In this document: in pieces, positions 13,627 through 26,275 of the stretch
Position numbering within the stretch: position 1 is the stretch's first letter
Layout of the letters: each line of letters opens with the position of its first letter
NCBI RefSeq assembly: GCF_037042905.1
Contig: NC_087250.1
Span: 27,716,001 to 27,780,000 of the forward strand
DNA length: 64,000 nt
Reading direction: 5' to 3'
Source of the DNA: Lytechinus pictus
Lineage: Eukaryota
Position numbers and translations under genes: made by a program
Notes under the pieces: model-generated
Databases searched by the model: none
The model's input: the letters and a program-made list of their open reading frames with translations, nothing else
Told to the model about the DNA's origin: nothing

Positions 13627-14248
13627 AGGGATGGTCCAGGCTGAAAATGTTCATAATAACTAAATAGAATAAAATCCACAAAGCCAAATGCTGAAAATTT
13701 CATTAAAATCGGATAACAAATAAGGAAGTTATTGAATTTTAATTTGTCTAATTTTAAATATTTTGTGAAAACAGTTATTTGCATATGGTCATGATTATTC
13801 ATTAGGTGGGCTGATGATGTCACATCCCCACTTTTCTTGTTCTTATCTTATTACATGAAATCATACACGTTTCATTTCTTCATACATGTGCAAATGATGT
13901 GTCTCTATTACGATAAAATAGGTTGCAGCAATAAATAACTAATGCACTTGATCAGTTGCCATCCAATTGTTTTAGCTCTTGGTAGAAAAAGTTTAATAAA
14001 TCTAATTTCATATAATACAATACAAAAGAACTGGCGGGGATATGACTTCATCAGCCTATCTCATGAATATTCATAAAGACATGCCTAGAACAGTAGAACT
14101 CAGTGTTTCACCGGAATGATAATGCAAATCTTTAAAATTCAAATAACTTCGTTATTTTCTACCCGATTTTGATCACATTTTTAGCATATTGCTTTTTGAT
14201 TTTTTTCTTTTTATTGAGATTTAAATATCTCCAGCCTGGACCATCCCT
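13627..14248. mobile_element. Kolobok-like MITE (TTAA TSD)
   Basis: TTAA|AGGGATGGTCCAGGCTG ... CAGCCTGGACCATCCCT|TTAA. Confidence 0.85.
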
Positions 14249-16637
14249 TTAAATGTGACCATTGTGCTACTTCTAAAAATTCAAAGAACTACGCCACTGT
14301 CATATTAAAATTATGTTCAACGCTTCACCAAAATAATATATCAAAATATAATAACACAACACAAGAAATACATTTAATTATAAAATTAAAAAGAAGATTA
14401 TGGCAATGGCAATTAATGAAAGTGAAATGTATATCTAACACAAAATAATGTATACACTGACAGAGCAACGCACGTTGCTTATTGAATCACCCATTGAAAG
14501 TGAATTTCTTCTTTAGAAACCACCCAGTAATGGCTTCCATAAAGTGACAGTGATCTGAAGTCGGGTATCATCTATCGGGAATCCACCTTCATGTCTATCC
14601 ATTCTACGTCAAAAGATGGCGCTCTTTCATGTCTACATTACACACACATTGAATCACTTGATGAAGATGTGATTTCTGACATTAATAAAATCAGTTGAAA
14701 TCAGAAGTCCTAGCAGTCTACATTGAAGCAGAAATGAAACGATTGATTTCCGTAATGTCAATACGCTAAAGACGCACTCCCTCACTCCTCACTTTTTTCC
14801 TTGCACAGAGCAAATATGCAACTAAATAGCTCATGAAATAAATTCGATGAGATTGAGGAATACCCCCCCCCCCCCATTGCCCAATTGGCAAGCATACACT
14901 GTTACTTTACAAACATGCACGTCAGGTCAAAATTTTTATGCAAAAGGAAGATCAAATGAAATATTTTCAAACTGAGAATGTCGTCTTCCATTATAATCGT
15001 TGGAGGAATCATGTCGGGTTTTTTTTGGTGAGGCACCGATCCCTTAAATATGCCAAATAAGCTGGAGGTTTCGTGTTGAGATAGAAAGGCCAACGCAAAA
15101 AGCAGGGTAAAAACATGGTGTTGTGATCATGTATCAAGATGCTCAAAGCTACCCGTCACAGGCTGAAAATAATATAGAGTAATACTCATTTACCAAAATG
15201 CTGAAAATTTTGATTAAAATATGATTACAAAATACTGCTGTTAGTGTATTTTAATGGGCTGGTGATATCACGTCCAGTGCCATAGAAAGGACTTTTCAAA
15301 TAGCGGGTGCTGGGGGATTCGTTAAAAAAATTGTTAACTAGATGATGCCCGAGGGGATTTCGGTAACTAAAAAAAAAGAAGCAAAACAAAATAATAATAA
15401 TAATAAATAAATAAATAAATAAATAAATATATAAATAAATAAATAAGTTTCTGCGGCCAAATGTTCCTCTATTTCAATCATTTTTTTTTCTTGTCAACTT
15501 GATGGCAATGGAGTGCTTCCTATGTGATAGCATACGCAACACCCTCTGAAAAATCATGAGGGGTGCTTCCGCATCAGTTATTAGATTAAATCATATTCCT
15601 CTACTATCTGAAGACTTGTTTGCATGATAAATATATTACACATTTAATCAGTAGTCAATTCATGTTTTCCGTTCTTGGTGGACGAAATTTGACGAAATAT
15701 AATTTTCCAAAAAAAAAAAAAAAAGAATAAGTGCGGATTAGTCTGCAGGCACAGACCCTGATTAGAACTTCGACCAACCAGTGTGCCTCCACGCAAAGAC
15801 TAGCACATACAAAACTTGCTGTTCCAAGATAACTTTCAGTACACAAGGCATATAAGTAGGCTGCACATTAAGACCCTTAACTCGAGTGAAGGGTTTGCCC
15901 AGCAGACTAAGTGCGGATAGACATCATCAACTTGTTTATTGTATTGTAGCGAACCCGTCCGCTACGGTTTTTAGTTATAATGCAGTAAACGTAGATGGCG
16001 CTATAGCATTTGGTGCGTTAGAATTCAATGATCGACTTACGCAACGCACTGCGTAAGGCAGCTCTCGGAGACTATAAATAGCGGAGTTTCGCGGTGATGT
16101 CGTCACTTCGACGCTGGCGAAGGTCGGAGTCGGACGAAGAACTCCCTGCGCTCCTCTCCAACTGGGCTGAATCAAGAAAAGTTTTGGAAATGAACATTGC
16201 TCGCTTAATTTCTACTACTGCAAATACAATTCTGGATAATTGGTGACGGTGTTAAAGGTGATAACATGTAAGAGATGCTGAATGTATAATTAAATTATGA
16301 CCGTTGTCATAAACCAAATGTAATCATCGTCTCCAACCTGTGTGATCTATGGAATCCGATTGACTTCTACAGTATAAGCCTTCCCATAGAGATTATACAG
16401 CTCCAATAGAAATCCCCTGTAATTCTATATTTCACCTGTTCACACTACCTCTCAACACTCCACCCCCATATATTTTGGGAAAATGGAACACGCCCGGGTC
16501 TCTACATAACGCCATACGGAAACCGCTCGCATTAAGGATGGCTAGCAATTCATCAACAGATGAAGGTGATAGAGGCAAGGGACAGGCCGGCCCCCAGCAT
16601 CTAGGACCCGATCCAAGACGGAGGGCCGCCACACAAA

Positions 16638-16655
16638 TGGTGTCAGGAGTGGGAT
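16638..16655 (+). promoter_or_regulatory. Primer-binding site complementary to tRNA-Leu 3' end
   Basis: TGGTGTCAGGAGTGGGAT is the reverse complement of the tRNA-Leu(CAG) end ...ATCCCACTCCTGACACCA. It lies 4 nt after the 5' LTR. Confidence 0.9.
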
Positions 16656-16791
16656 GGAGAATGTGAGGACATCTGGAACAGATGGCAGCAATACTTCAGG
16701 GGATGAATCAGTTTCTACACATTCTGGAATCAAGTTATCTACCAGTAGGGGAAGAAGGCAGAAGACCGAGGCTCTGATGGAGATCGCATAG

Positions 16792-18216
16792 ATGATGAAA
16801 AATCAAGCCAAGCTAGCTCAGGACGAGATGATGAAACAGCAAGCCAATGCCCAGGTTATGATGATGCAACAGGCTAAATCTATGCAAGCACCGATGGAGA
16901 AGCTGCTTCTATCATTCTCTAATGAGCAGAGTAAGCCTACCAGACGGAGACGAAGAAAACTGAGTACTCGGGGAAGCACAGATAGGTCTACACAAACAGC
17001 ATCATCAACTGAGGAGAAGGAAGTTCCATCCAATACTACGTGGCGGAATAGCAGAGGCAATCCTATTAATTCGCCAGTAACAAAATGCTGCCAGGAAGAC
17101 GACATCACCAGCGGTGCAACCAACTGCTGTGCGAGACCCTCCAATTGATGACAGTAGCCTCCAGGCCATAATCCAGCAAGCATTGGAAGATACACTCCAA
17201 CATGGGCATACGTCAAAACCAAGGTCATCACAGGATGCCCAACAGAAGCCTAGGGGTACCCACTTTATCAAGCCAGACAAAAATGATGGATGTTCATCAT
17301 GGATTGATTACAGCCAACATTTCGACTCATGCCGAGCAGTAAATGGCTGGGATGATGAAGAAGCGGGGAGGATCCTGGCATCATGCTTACGAGGTCAGGC
17401 ACTAAGGCTGCTACGGGAACAAAGGCATATGGTAGGCTTCAATGATCTGAAGAGAATGCTGGCCAATCGGTTCTCAGACAATAAACAGGCTGAGAATCAT
17501 TTACTAGAGCTGAAGCAAAGACAGAGACAGGAGGGCGAGACACTCAAGGAGCTTGCACAAAGCATCAGAGAGCTCACTGCATTGGCCTACCCAGAGCTGG
17601 ATTTGATGTCCGTGACAGATTGGCGAAGGGACACTTCATGGATGCCCTTGTGAAACCTAAGCTCAGAGAGGCAGTGTTCAACAACCAGTGTAAGACATTG
17701 GATGATATGGTACATGCTGCAGTGGTAGCTGAGGCCTTCCATCATTCTGAAGACCAGCGGAGCAGCAGGAAACCTAAGTACAGCAGGGCAATGACAAAGG
17801 AGAATGAGGAAGATGAATCAACCTCCGAACCAATTTCAGAAGTGAAAGCTATGGTAGCTACCTTGAAGGAAGAACTCTCCAAGCGTAATGCTGAGATGAC
17901 CACATTGAAGGAAGAATTGGTAGAGGCCATCGGGACTGCACTACAGCCACAACCTCAGACTGTGGTACCTAGTGACAAGCAACAGCAGAAGCAGAGAAAT
18001 TCAGACAAGTTTGATGGTAGCTGCTACTATTGTGGAAAGAAAGGCCACATGAAGAGGAAGTGCAAAAAGAGGATGAGAGACGAGGCTCAGATTCATCATG
18101 CCGAGCAACAATATCAGAGCTCAACAAACGAAGTAAGGTCGCCCCAGGGGGGCATGGCGCGGCCGTGGAACCTGGAAGCACCAGCCCCTCAATACCAAAT
18201 GCCACACAGCCAATAG
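16792..18216 (+). pseudogene. gag: Frameshifted gag with CCHC zinc knuckle
   Basis: Three overlapping ORFs: FIKPDKNDGCSSWIDY..HFDSC..VNGWDDEE, LKQRQRQEGETLKELAQ, and CYYCGKKGHMKRKC. Confidence 0.85.
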
Positions 18217-18280
18217 TTACAACCAGGTACAATGGAGAAATCAACAAAGGAATTCTGAAGGGCATGTATGTGTCCAGGTA

Positions 18281-20698
18281 TTGAGAGGACTACACTGGGA
18301 GACGCTATTGGTCTATTTGGATGACGTGATCGTGTTCGGGAAATCCATTGATGAGGAGATGGCGAGGCTGCAGCAGGTGTTTGAACGTCTAAGACAGACA
18401 GGGCTGAAGTTGAAGCCAAAGAAGTGCAACTTGTTCAAGACTTCTGTTTCATACCTCGGGCACGTCGTCTCTGCAGAAGGTATATCGACTGAGAAGGACA
18501 AAACAGAAACAATCAGGACATGGCCCAGACCCGAGTCAGTGAGGGAGGTCCGTGGATTCTTAGGCCTTGCATCTTACTATCGTCGCTTTGTTGAAGGCTT
18601 TGCCAGAATTGCTAGGCCTCTGCATCAACTGACAGAGAAAGGACGGAAGTTTGAGTGGAACCAGGACTGCCAAGAAGCTTTCGAGGAACTGAAGCACAGA
18701 CTAGTCACGGCTCCAATACTGGTATACCCTACCGAGGAGGGAAGATTCATTCTGGACACAGACGCCAGCAATGATGGTATCGGCGGTGTACTCTCCAAGA
18801 TACAGAATGGCCAGGAACGGGTCATTGCCTATGGAAGCCGAGTCCTAAGCAAACCAGAAAGAAACTACTGTGTAACCCGTAAGGAACTACTTGCTGTAGT
18901 AGTGTACCTCAAACATTACAAGCAGTATTTGTATGGTCGCCACGTCCAGGTGATGACTGATCATGGAGCTCTGAGATGGCTGATGAATTTCCGGCAACCT
19001 GAAGGTCAGCTGGCAAGATGGCTGGAAGTCATATCAAGCTACGACATTGAGATTATACATAGGGCTGGAAGGATTCACAGCAATGCTGACGCTCTATCAC
19101 GGAGACCATGCAGGCAGTGTAAGCGAGAAGGAGGCTGCATATACGGAGGAGACACTGGGAATATCAACGTCATCACGGTGAGGAATGACAACCTAGCTGA
19201 CATCCAAGAGGCCCAGCAGGAAGATCCTTACATAAATCCAGTCAGGAATGCACTGGTGGAAGGGAGGAAGCCATCCCGGGAAGAGGCGACGGCATATCCT
19301 TTTAAGGTCAAGGTTCTTCTGGATCACTGGGACCAGCTAGAGGTCAAAGATGGTGTTCTGTACAGAAGGTGGGAATCAGAAGATGGAAGAGATGTCAGGT
19401 GGCGTTATGTACTACCTAAAGTTCTGATACCGGAGGTGCTACAGGACCTACACTCCTCTCCAATGGCAGGACATCTTGGTATGACGAAGACTCTACACAA
19501 GGTACAGGAACGTTTCTACTGGGTAGGAATGAAGGAAGAAGTCAGATCCTTCATTAGGCAATGTCCAGATTGCGCTCGCCGACAGAAGGCAGGACCAGGG
19601 AAAAGAGCTCCGCTACAGCAGAGGCAGAGTGTATATCCGATGGAGAGGGTCGCCCTGGACATCATGGGACCATTGCCAGTTACTGATGACGGGAACAAGT
19701 ACATTCTTGTGGTAGCTGACTATTATACAAAGTATGTCGAGGCATATGCAATACCAGATGAAAGAGCTGTAACAGTGGCACGGAAGCTAGTGGACGAATT
19801 CATCTGCCGCTATGGAGTTCCTAATGAGATACATAGTGACCAGGGCAGGAACTTCGAGTCCAACATCTTCCAAGAAGTGTGTCAACTACTGGGTGTCAGA
19901 AAGACAAGGACGACACCGTACAACCCAAAGAGTGATGGGATGGTTGAAAGGTTCAACCGTACGCTGATCAACATTCTTGCTACCCTATTGGATCCAGAGA
20001 AGCACCAGCGGGACTGGGACAGGTATATACCCTACGCCACAGCTGCATACAGAAGCTCCACGCACGACACAATCAAGGAGACTCCAAACATGATGATGTT
20101 TGGCCGAGAGGTTTCACAGCCTATCGATTTGCAGTTCTCCAAACAGGATGGAAGAGAGTGGACTGACTATGCTCAGCAGCTGAGGGAGAGAATGGAAGAG
20201 ACATACCAGAGGGCCCAGCAACGTAAGGGTGTTGAATTGAGACGCCAGAAAAGGAACTATGATCGGAAATCAGATGGGAAACTCTATGAAGCTGGACAGT
20301 TCGTATGGCTCCGCAACAATGCCAGGAAGAAAGGAGTCAGCCCCAAATTGTCACCTAAATGGGAAGGTCCCTACCAGGTGGTGTCTAGACTTTCCGACGT
20401 GACCTATCGTATCCAGAGATCCCCCAGGAGCAAACTAAGAGTGGTACACTTCGACCGCCTGAAGCTCTACAACGGATCTGATGTACCAGAGGCCTGGAGG
20501 ACTCAGCCAGCCGACCTAACAGACGAGGTGACTACCAATCGTGAACCAGATGTTGTGGATGATGGACAACCTACTCAGGCTTCTACTGAGACTACAGTGG
20601 AACCAGGAATTCCATTACCTGATGATTCTAGTGACCCAGACGTCAACCCTTCACGCTATCCTAGGAGGCGGAGAAGGCCTCCAGACTATTTATATTGA
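18281..20698 (+). CDS. pol: Gypsy pol remnant: C-terminal RT, RNase H, integrase (HHCC, DDE core, GPY motif)
   Basis: YLDDVIVF, LDTDAS, ELLAVV, TDHGAL, NADALSR, H..GHLG..C..C, ALDIMGP, SDQGRNF, GMVERFNRT and WEGPY are present. Protease and RT N-terminus are absent. Confidence 0.93.
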   Translation: MRGLHWETLLVYLDDVIVFGKSIDEEMARLQQVFERLRQTGLKLKPKKCNLFKTSVSYLGHVVSAEGISTEKDKTETIRTWPRPESVREVRGFLGLASYYRRFVEGFARIARPLHQLTEKGRKFEWNQDCQEAFEELKHRLVTAPILVYPTEEGRFILDTDASNDGIGGVLSKIQNGQERVIAYGSRVLSKPERNYCVTRKELLAVVVYLKHYKQYLYGRHVQVMTDHGALRWLMNFRQPEGQLARWLEVISSYDIEIIHRAGRIHSNADALSRRPCRQCKREGGCIYGGDTGNINVITVRNDNLADIQEAQQEDPYINPVRNALVEGRKPSREEATAYPFKVKVLLDHWDQLEVKDGVLYRRWESEDGRDVRWRYVLPKVLIPEVLQDLHSSPMAGHLGMTKTLHKVQERFYWVGMKEEVRSFIRQCPDCARRQKAGPGKRAPLQQRQSVYPMERVALDIMGPLPVTDDGNKYILVVADYYTKYVEAYAIPDERAVTVARKLVDEFICRYGVPNEIHSDQGRNFESNIFQEVCQLLGVRKTRTTPYNPKSDGMVERFNRTLINILATLLDPEKHQRDWDRYIPYATAAYRSSTHDTIKETPNMMMFGREVSQPIDLQFSKQDGREWTDYAQQLRERMEETYQRAQQRKGVELRRQKRNYDRKSDGKLYEAGQFVWLRNNARKKGVSPKLSPKWEGPYQVVSRLSDVTYRIQRSPRSKLRVVHFDRLKLYNGSDVPEAWRTQPADLTDEVTTNREPDVVDDGQPTQASTETTVEPGIPLPDDSSDPDVNPSRYPRRRRRPPDYLY

Positions 20699-21364
20699 AC
20701 ACTCATAACATTCAATCTGCAGATAGATGTGGAACTGTATTCTAGCTGTTTCTAAAACTGACAAATTGTTAATATATATCGTTCTATGGATCTACTGCGT
20801 GGTCTAAAAGAAGACGCAAGGATTCTGACGGTTGAAGAATGAACTAATCAGATAGAAGCACTGATCCACACAAACTGTTGAACCAATGTGGAAAACAACC
20901 CAATCTATACTGGACTTGTCTATATATAAATGTTTCGCCCTATTTATGTCGTAGTGTAAGTCATTTATTTGTTTTGTGAAACACCACACCATTATCTTTT
21001 CGGATAATATTGTTCAAGGAGGTGTCCTCGACTCACATATATTTATAAAACTAATTTTGCATAGAAGCACTCGCTGTAATGTTTATATTCAGAGTTAATG
21101 CCCACAGAGTGAACACGTTTCATATTGCTAATGAGAATGATGATAATGTTGCTATCAATGAGAGCTTACAGAAATAAGTTATGGAAGCTGCAGAGAGATT
21201 GATTGTACATAGTATCCATATAAGGAGTGTATATAAGAGGACATAACTCTCAGTATGATTAATACAGCGATGCATATAATTCAATACATTTTGGTTGCTT
21301 TGTCAAATTGTTTGGAATCCCTCTGCTAATGTGAGGATAAAACAAATGTGAGGACACATTCCTT

Positions 21365-21375
21365 GAAGAGGGGGG
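21365..21375 (+). promoter_or_regulatory. Polypurine tract
   Basis: GAAGAGGGGGG just before the 3' LTR. Confidence 0.85.
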
Positions 21376-21540
21376 CTGTGTAGCGAACCCGTCCGCTACG
21401 GTTTTTAGTTATAATGCAGTAAACGTAGATGGCGCTATAGCATTTGGTGCGTTAGAATTCAATGATCGACTTACGCAACGCACTGCGTAAGGCAGCTCTC
21501 GGAGACTATAAATAGCGGAGTTTCGCGGTGATCTCGTCAC

Positions 21541-21722
21541 AACTGGGCGTTGTGGCGTGTGCCTGCAATCCAAGCTGTGTGGGGAAGTTACAAATTGATG
21601 CAGAGGTTCGAGGTTCGAGCCCTGGTCACGTCTTTCGGATGGTGACGTTAAAGGTCGGTCCCAGACGTAAATAATCATATCTGATTGATACACGTCTGAC
21701 AAAAACTAAAATACACACACAC
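21541..21722 (+). mobile_element. SINE inserted in the 3' LTR (7SL-like head, B-box, Deu/Nin-like core, (CA)n tail)
   Basis: Absent from the 5' LTR. 11-bp TSD GATCTCGTCAC at 21530-21540 and 21723-21733. GGTTCGAGCCC B-box and ACACACAC tail. Confidence 0.85.
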
Positions 21723-23894
21723 GATCTCGTCACTTCGACGCTGGCGGAGGTCGGAGTCGGACGAAGAACCCCCTGCGCTCCACTCCAACTGGGCTGAATC
21801 AAGAAAAGGTTTGGAAATGAACATTGCTCGCTTAATTTCTACTACTGCAAATACAATTCTGGATAATTGGTGACGGTGTTAAAGGTGATAACATGTAAGA
21901 GATGCTGAATGTATAATTAAATTATGACCGTTGTCATAAACCAAATGTAATCATCGTCTCCAACCTGTGTGATCTATGGAATCCCTATTGACTTCTACAG
22001 TATAAGCCTTCCCATAGAGATTATACAGCTCCAATAGAAATCCCCTGTAATTCTATATTTCACCTGTTCACACTACCTCTCAACACTCCACCCCCATATA
22101 TTTTGGGAAAACGGAACACGCCCGGGTCTCTACATAACGCCATACGGAAACCGCTCGCATTAAGGATGGATAGCAATTCATCAACAGATGAAGGTGATAG
22201 AGGCAAGGAACAGGCCGGCCCCCCAGCATCTAGGACCCGATCCAAGACGGAGGGCCGCCACAGTATATTCATGAAGACATGCAGAGGCCCGTCTCATCAG
22301 AACAATGAAAGTGCTTAAAATATCAAAAATCTATCATTTCTTATCCGGTTTCAATGACATTGTCAGTATTTTAATTGTCTCATTTTACTTTTTCTATTCA
22401 AATCATATTATATCCAAGCCTAGAGTACCCCCTCTAAGCTTCCTTTCTTAGGCACGTCAACCCACATGAAATAATAATATTTGTTGACAACGAAACTACA
22501 TAATTTTTATCATGTCATCTCTGCCTTCCAGAAGGTGTACGTTGTTCATTGAATCACATGGATCCTTTTAATTTATACAGTCTTTTATATATCTATATAA
22601 TACACTGAAAAATGAAGAGTTAATGGACGAGGTGTAATGTTTAATACTTAATTATTATATTGCCCCCTTTCCTGTCCAAACGACGGTGTAATATTCGCAA
22701 CAATCACCCTCATGAACATTTGGTATTTGCATACTATACCAGCATGCTGACAATCACCATGTAGAAGCATGCTCATTATAACTGTAACGTTAAATATTTT
22801 TTAAATGATATGTTATTTTTCCTGTTTAACCATCCTTGTGATCCCATACAGAGTGTTGTGCATATGAAGAGTTTAGTTACAAAAGGGGTTAGGTCCACTA
22901 TGGACCATTTCGAGAAAAAACCATGTTTTTTATTCTCACTTAGGTATTGTTAAGTTGGTGGAATGACACTGTATATCACTGAGATGGACACGTGACTGAT
23001 TGAACTCTCAAATAACAAGTTTATTAACAACCACTTAGCAACCATGCGCATGCGTAAACATATATCATAACCAGGGCCGTAGCTGGAGGGGGGGGGGGGG
23101 GGTATGGGGGTGTGTACACCCCCCCCCCCCCCAACATTCATGGCAGTCGGCAAAATCATGTACCAGTTGCCAAAATGGAGGATAGGGGAAAAAGAAAGAG
23201 GGAAAGAAAGGAAGAGAAAAAAGAAAGAAGGAGAGAGGATAGAGAAAGAAAAAGAAAGAAAGAAAGAGAGAGAGAGGGGGAGAAGGGGGGGGGGAGAAAG
23301 TGAGATAGAAAGAAAGAAAGAAAGAAATAATAATAATGATAATAATAGGCATTTATATAGCGCCATCTATCTAGAAATATTCTATTCCGAGGCGCGTTGT
23401 TATTATTATTAGGTAGGCACTTATGAACCAAGTTTGAAAGGAGACTCGTAAAATTACGTCGCTCTCGCCGATGAATATTCATTAGATCGTGGTCGTGCGT
23501 GCTCAATACACACTGAGTACAGCTGGCATGCAGAAAGTTATATGCGAGGAACTTTGGCTCCAGAGACAAGTTGTCAAATAATGTGTGTGTGTGTGTACCA
23601 TCGGCTGGTAGTAGTCCATGCTGTACTTCAAACCGCGCGTCGGAGAGAGTGCATGGCAATTCGGTAAAACGAAGTTTCCGATATAAAGAAATAATATAAC
23701 ACTATGTACAGTACGTTGAGAGGCAAATGTCAGATCAGGGGAGGCAGGAGTACAATGGGCTTTTTTTAAGGGAAGAATAGTGTAGAATAAAAGGTATCAT
23801 ATATAGCCAATTGATCTAGGTGAGGGATTAAGCTTAGTGAACAATGATGACTTTGATGATTAAAGAAAAGAATGAATATATACCTTACCTGAAT

Positions 23895-25490
23895 ATTATG
23901 GTGAAGCAAATTTAAAAGGAGGTGAGGCAAGTTTCAATGGAGGTTTTTAAAAAGAATAAACTGTATTATGGTGAAGCCAATTTAAAAGGAGGTGAGGCAA
24001 ATTTCAATTGGAGGTTTTTTAAAAGAATAAACTGTTCTACAAATTTTAAAGGAGGCGAGGGAAGTTTCAATTGAGGTTTTTAAAAAGAATAAACTGTACT
24101 ACAAATTAGGGTGAAGCCAGTTTAAAAGGAGGTGAGGCAAGTTTCAATGGAGGTTTTTCAAAAGAATAAACTGTACTACAAATTTAAAAGGAGGTGAGGC
24201 AAGTTTCAATGGAGGTTTTTAAAAAGAAACTGTATTATGGTGAAGCCAATTTAAAAGGAGGTGAGGCAAGTTTCAATGGAGGTTTTTAAAAATAATAAAC
24301 TGCACTACAAATTTAAAAGGAGGTGAGGCAAGTTTCAATTGAGGTTTTTCAAAAGAATAAACTGCGTTAAGGTGAAGCCAATTTAAAAGGAGGTGAGGCA
24401 AGTTTCAATGGAGGTTTTTTAAAAGAATAAACTGTACTATAAATTTAAAAGGAGGTGAGGCAAGTTTCAATGGAGGTTTTTTTTTAAAGAATAAACTGTA
24501 TTATGGTGAAGCCAATTTAAAAGGAGGTGAGGCAAGTTTCAATGGAGGTTTTTTTTAAAGAATAAACTGTATTATGGTGAAGCCAATTTAAAAGGAGGTG
24601 AGGCAAGTTTCAATGGAGGTTTTTTTTAAAGAATAAACTGTATTATGGTGAAGCCAATTTAAAAGGAGGTGAGGCAAGTTTCAATGGAGGTTTTTAAAAA
24701 GAATAAACTGTACTATAAATTTAAAAGGAGGTGAGGCAAGTGGAGGTTTTTAAAAAGAATAAACTGTATTATGGTGAAGCCAATTTAAAAGGAGGTGAGG
24801 CAAGTTTCAATGGAGGTTTTTAAAAAGAATAAACTATACTACAAATTTAAAAGGAGGTAAGGCAAGTTTCAATGGAGGTTTTTTGAAAAGAATAAACTGT
24901 ATTATGGTGAAGCCAATTTAAAAGGAGGTGAGGCAAGTTTCAATGGAGGTACTACAAATTATGGTGAAGCCAATTTAAAAGGAGGTGAGGCAAGTTTCAA
25001 TGGAGGTTTTTAAAAAGAATAAACTGTACTAAAAATTTAAAAGGAGGTGAGGCAAGTGGAGGTTTTTAAAAAGAATAAACTGTACTACAAATTTAAAAGG
25101 AGGTGAGGCAAGTTTCAATGGAGTTTTTTTTTTAAAGAATAAACTGTATTATGGTGAAGCCAATTTAAAAGGAGGTGAGGCAAGTTTCAATGGAGGTTTT
25201 TAAAAAGAATAAACTGTACTATAAATTTAAAAGGAGGTGATCGAGGCAAGTTTCAATGGAGGTTTTTTAAAAAGAATAAACTGTACTACAAATTATATGG
25301 TAAAGCCGATTTAAAAGGAGAAGAGGCAAGTTTTAATGGAGGTTTTTAAAAAGAATAAACTGTACTACAAATTATGGTGAAGCCAATTTAAAAGGAGGTG
25401 AGGCAAGTTTCAATGGAGGTTTTTAAAAAGAATAAACTGTACTACAAATTATGGTGAAGCCAATTTAATAGGAGGTGAGGCAAGTTTCAA
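23895..25490 (+). repeat. Satellite array (~55-77 bp variable unit) in the left TIR
   Basis: Unit GGTGAAGCCAATTTAAAAGGAGGTGAGGCAAGTTTCAATGGAGGTTTTTAAAAAGAATAAACTGTA. Confidence 0.95.
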
Positions 25491-25814
25491 TATCTTTAAC
25501 AGTTTAATGTATTGATACATTATATTTCAACATAGGATGGATCATTTGCTAAGTTTTCATTAATGAATGCTCTCCTTGCCATTGTCAAATGGCCATGACC
25601 AAAGGATTTTAGCAACATTTCAGCAAGCTTTACATATGCATGCAAGACCAAAAATTGCTCAAAAGCATGACTTCATGAACAGACACAATACAGATTATGT
25701 TACTTGCCAAAAATTAATGTATCATTATTTATACTCGTACTAATTAAAAAAAAATCATATCATGTTTATTAAGAAGGTTTCAGCACCCCCTCCTCCCCCG
25801 CCCCAAATAAACAC

Positions 25815-26275
25815 TCAGTAAACAGAAGATAATTAATAAGACAAATATATAGAAATTTATTGAACAGTAAATGAATATAAAAATCATTTTCAATTTTTTT
25901 TCTCTCTTTCATAGTAAGTTTTCTATGAATGGCCAAAAAAACCCAGTAAACAGAAGATAATTATTGAAAGAAATATATAAGAAATTTATGGAACAGTAAA
26001 TAAACATAGAAAATGGTTTTCAATATTTTTTTTACATTATGAGTTTTCTATGAATCGCAAAAATAATAAACAGAAGATAATTAATTAGAGAAATATATAA
26101 GAAATTTATTGAACAGTAAAGAAACATAGATAATCGTTTCAAATATTGTATTTTCTTTGCAGTAAGATTTCTATGAATGGCAATAAAAAGCAATAAACAA
26201 AAGATAATTAATTCTAGAAATATATAATAAATTTATTGAAAAGTAAAATAAACATGGAAAATTGTTTTCAATCTT
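25815..26275 (+). repeat. ~125-bp AT-rich tandem repeat, about 4 copies
   Basis: TAAACAGAAGATAATTA...GAAATTTATTGAACAGTAAA...TTCTATGAAT at ~25818, 25947, 26067 and 26195. Confidence 0.8.

Larger units (their letters stand above)
15945..22262 (+). mobile_element. Ty3/Gypsy LTR retrotransposon, internally deleted, with both LTRs and GTAT TSD
   Basis: 5' LTR 15945-16633 and 3' LTR 21379-22262, both TG...CA. GTAT at 15941-15944 and 22263-22266. PBS and PPT present. Domain order is gag, RT, RNase H, integrase. Confidence 0.96.

Noticed and set aside
20699..21364. env-like or extra ORF between pol and the 3' LTR
   Set aside because: No plus-strand ORF of useful length; treated as 3' UTR.
21541..21722. 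Genuine 7SL (SRP) RNA gene
   Set aside because: Only the 5' ~45 nt resemble 7SL, no S-domain is seen, and it has a TSD and (CA)n tail inside a young LTR.
23895..25490. CRISPR-like look of the regular repeat arrays (also 62813-64000 and 49600-50200)
   Set aside because: Units are contiguous with no unique spacers, there are no cas genes, and the context is eukaryotic; these are satellites.
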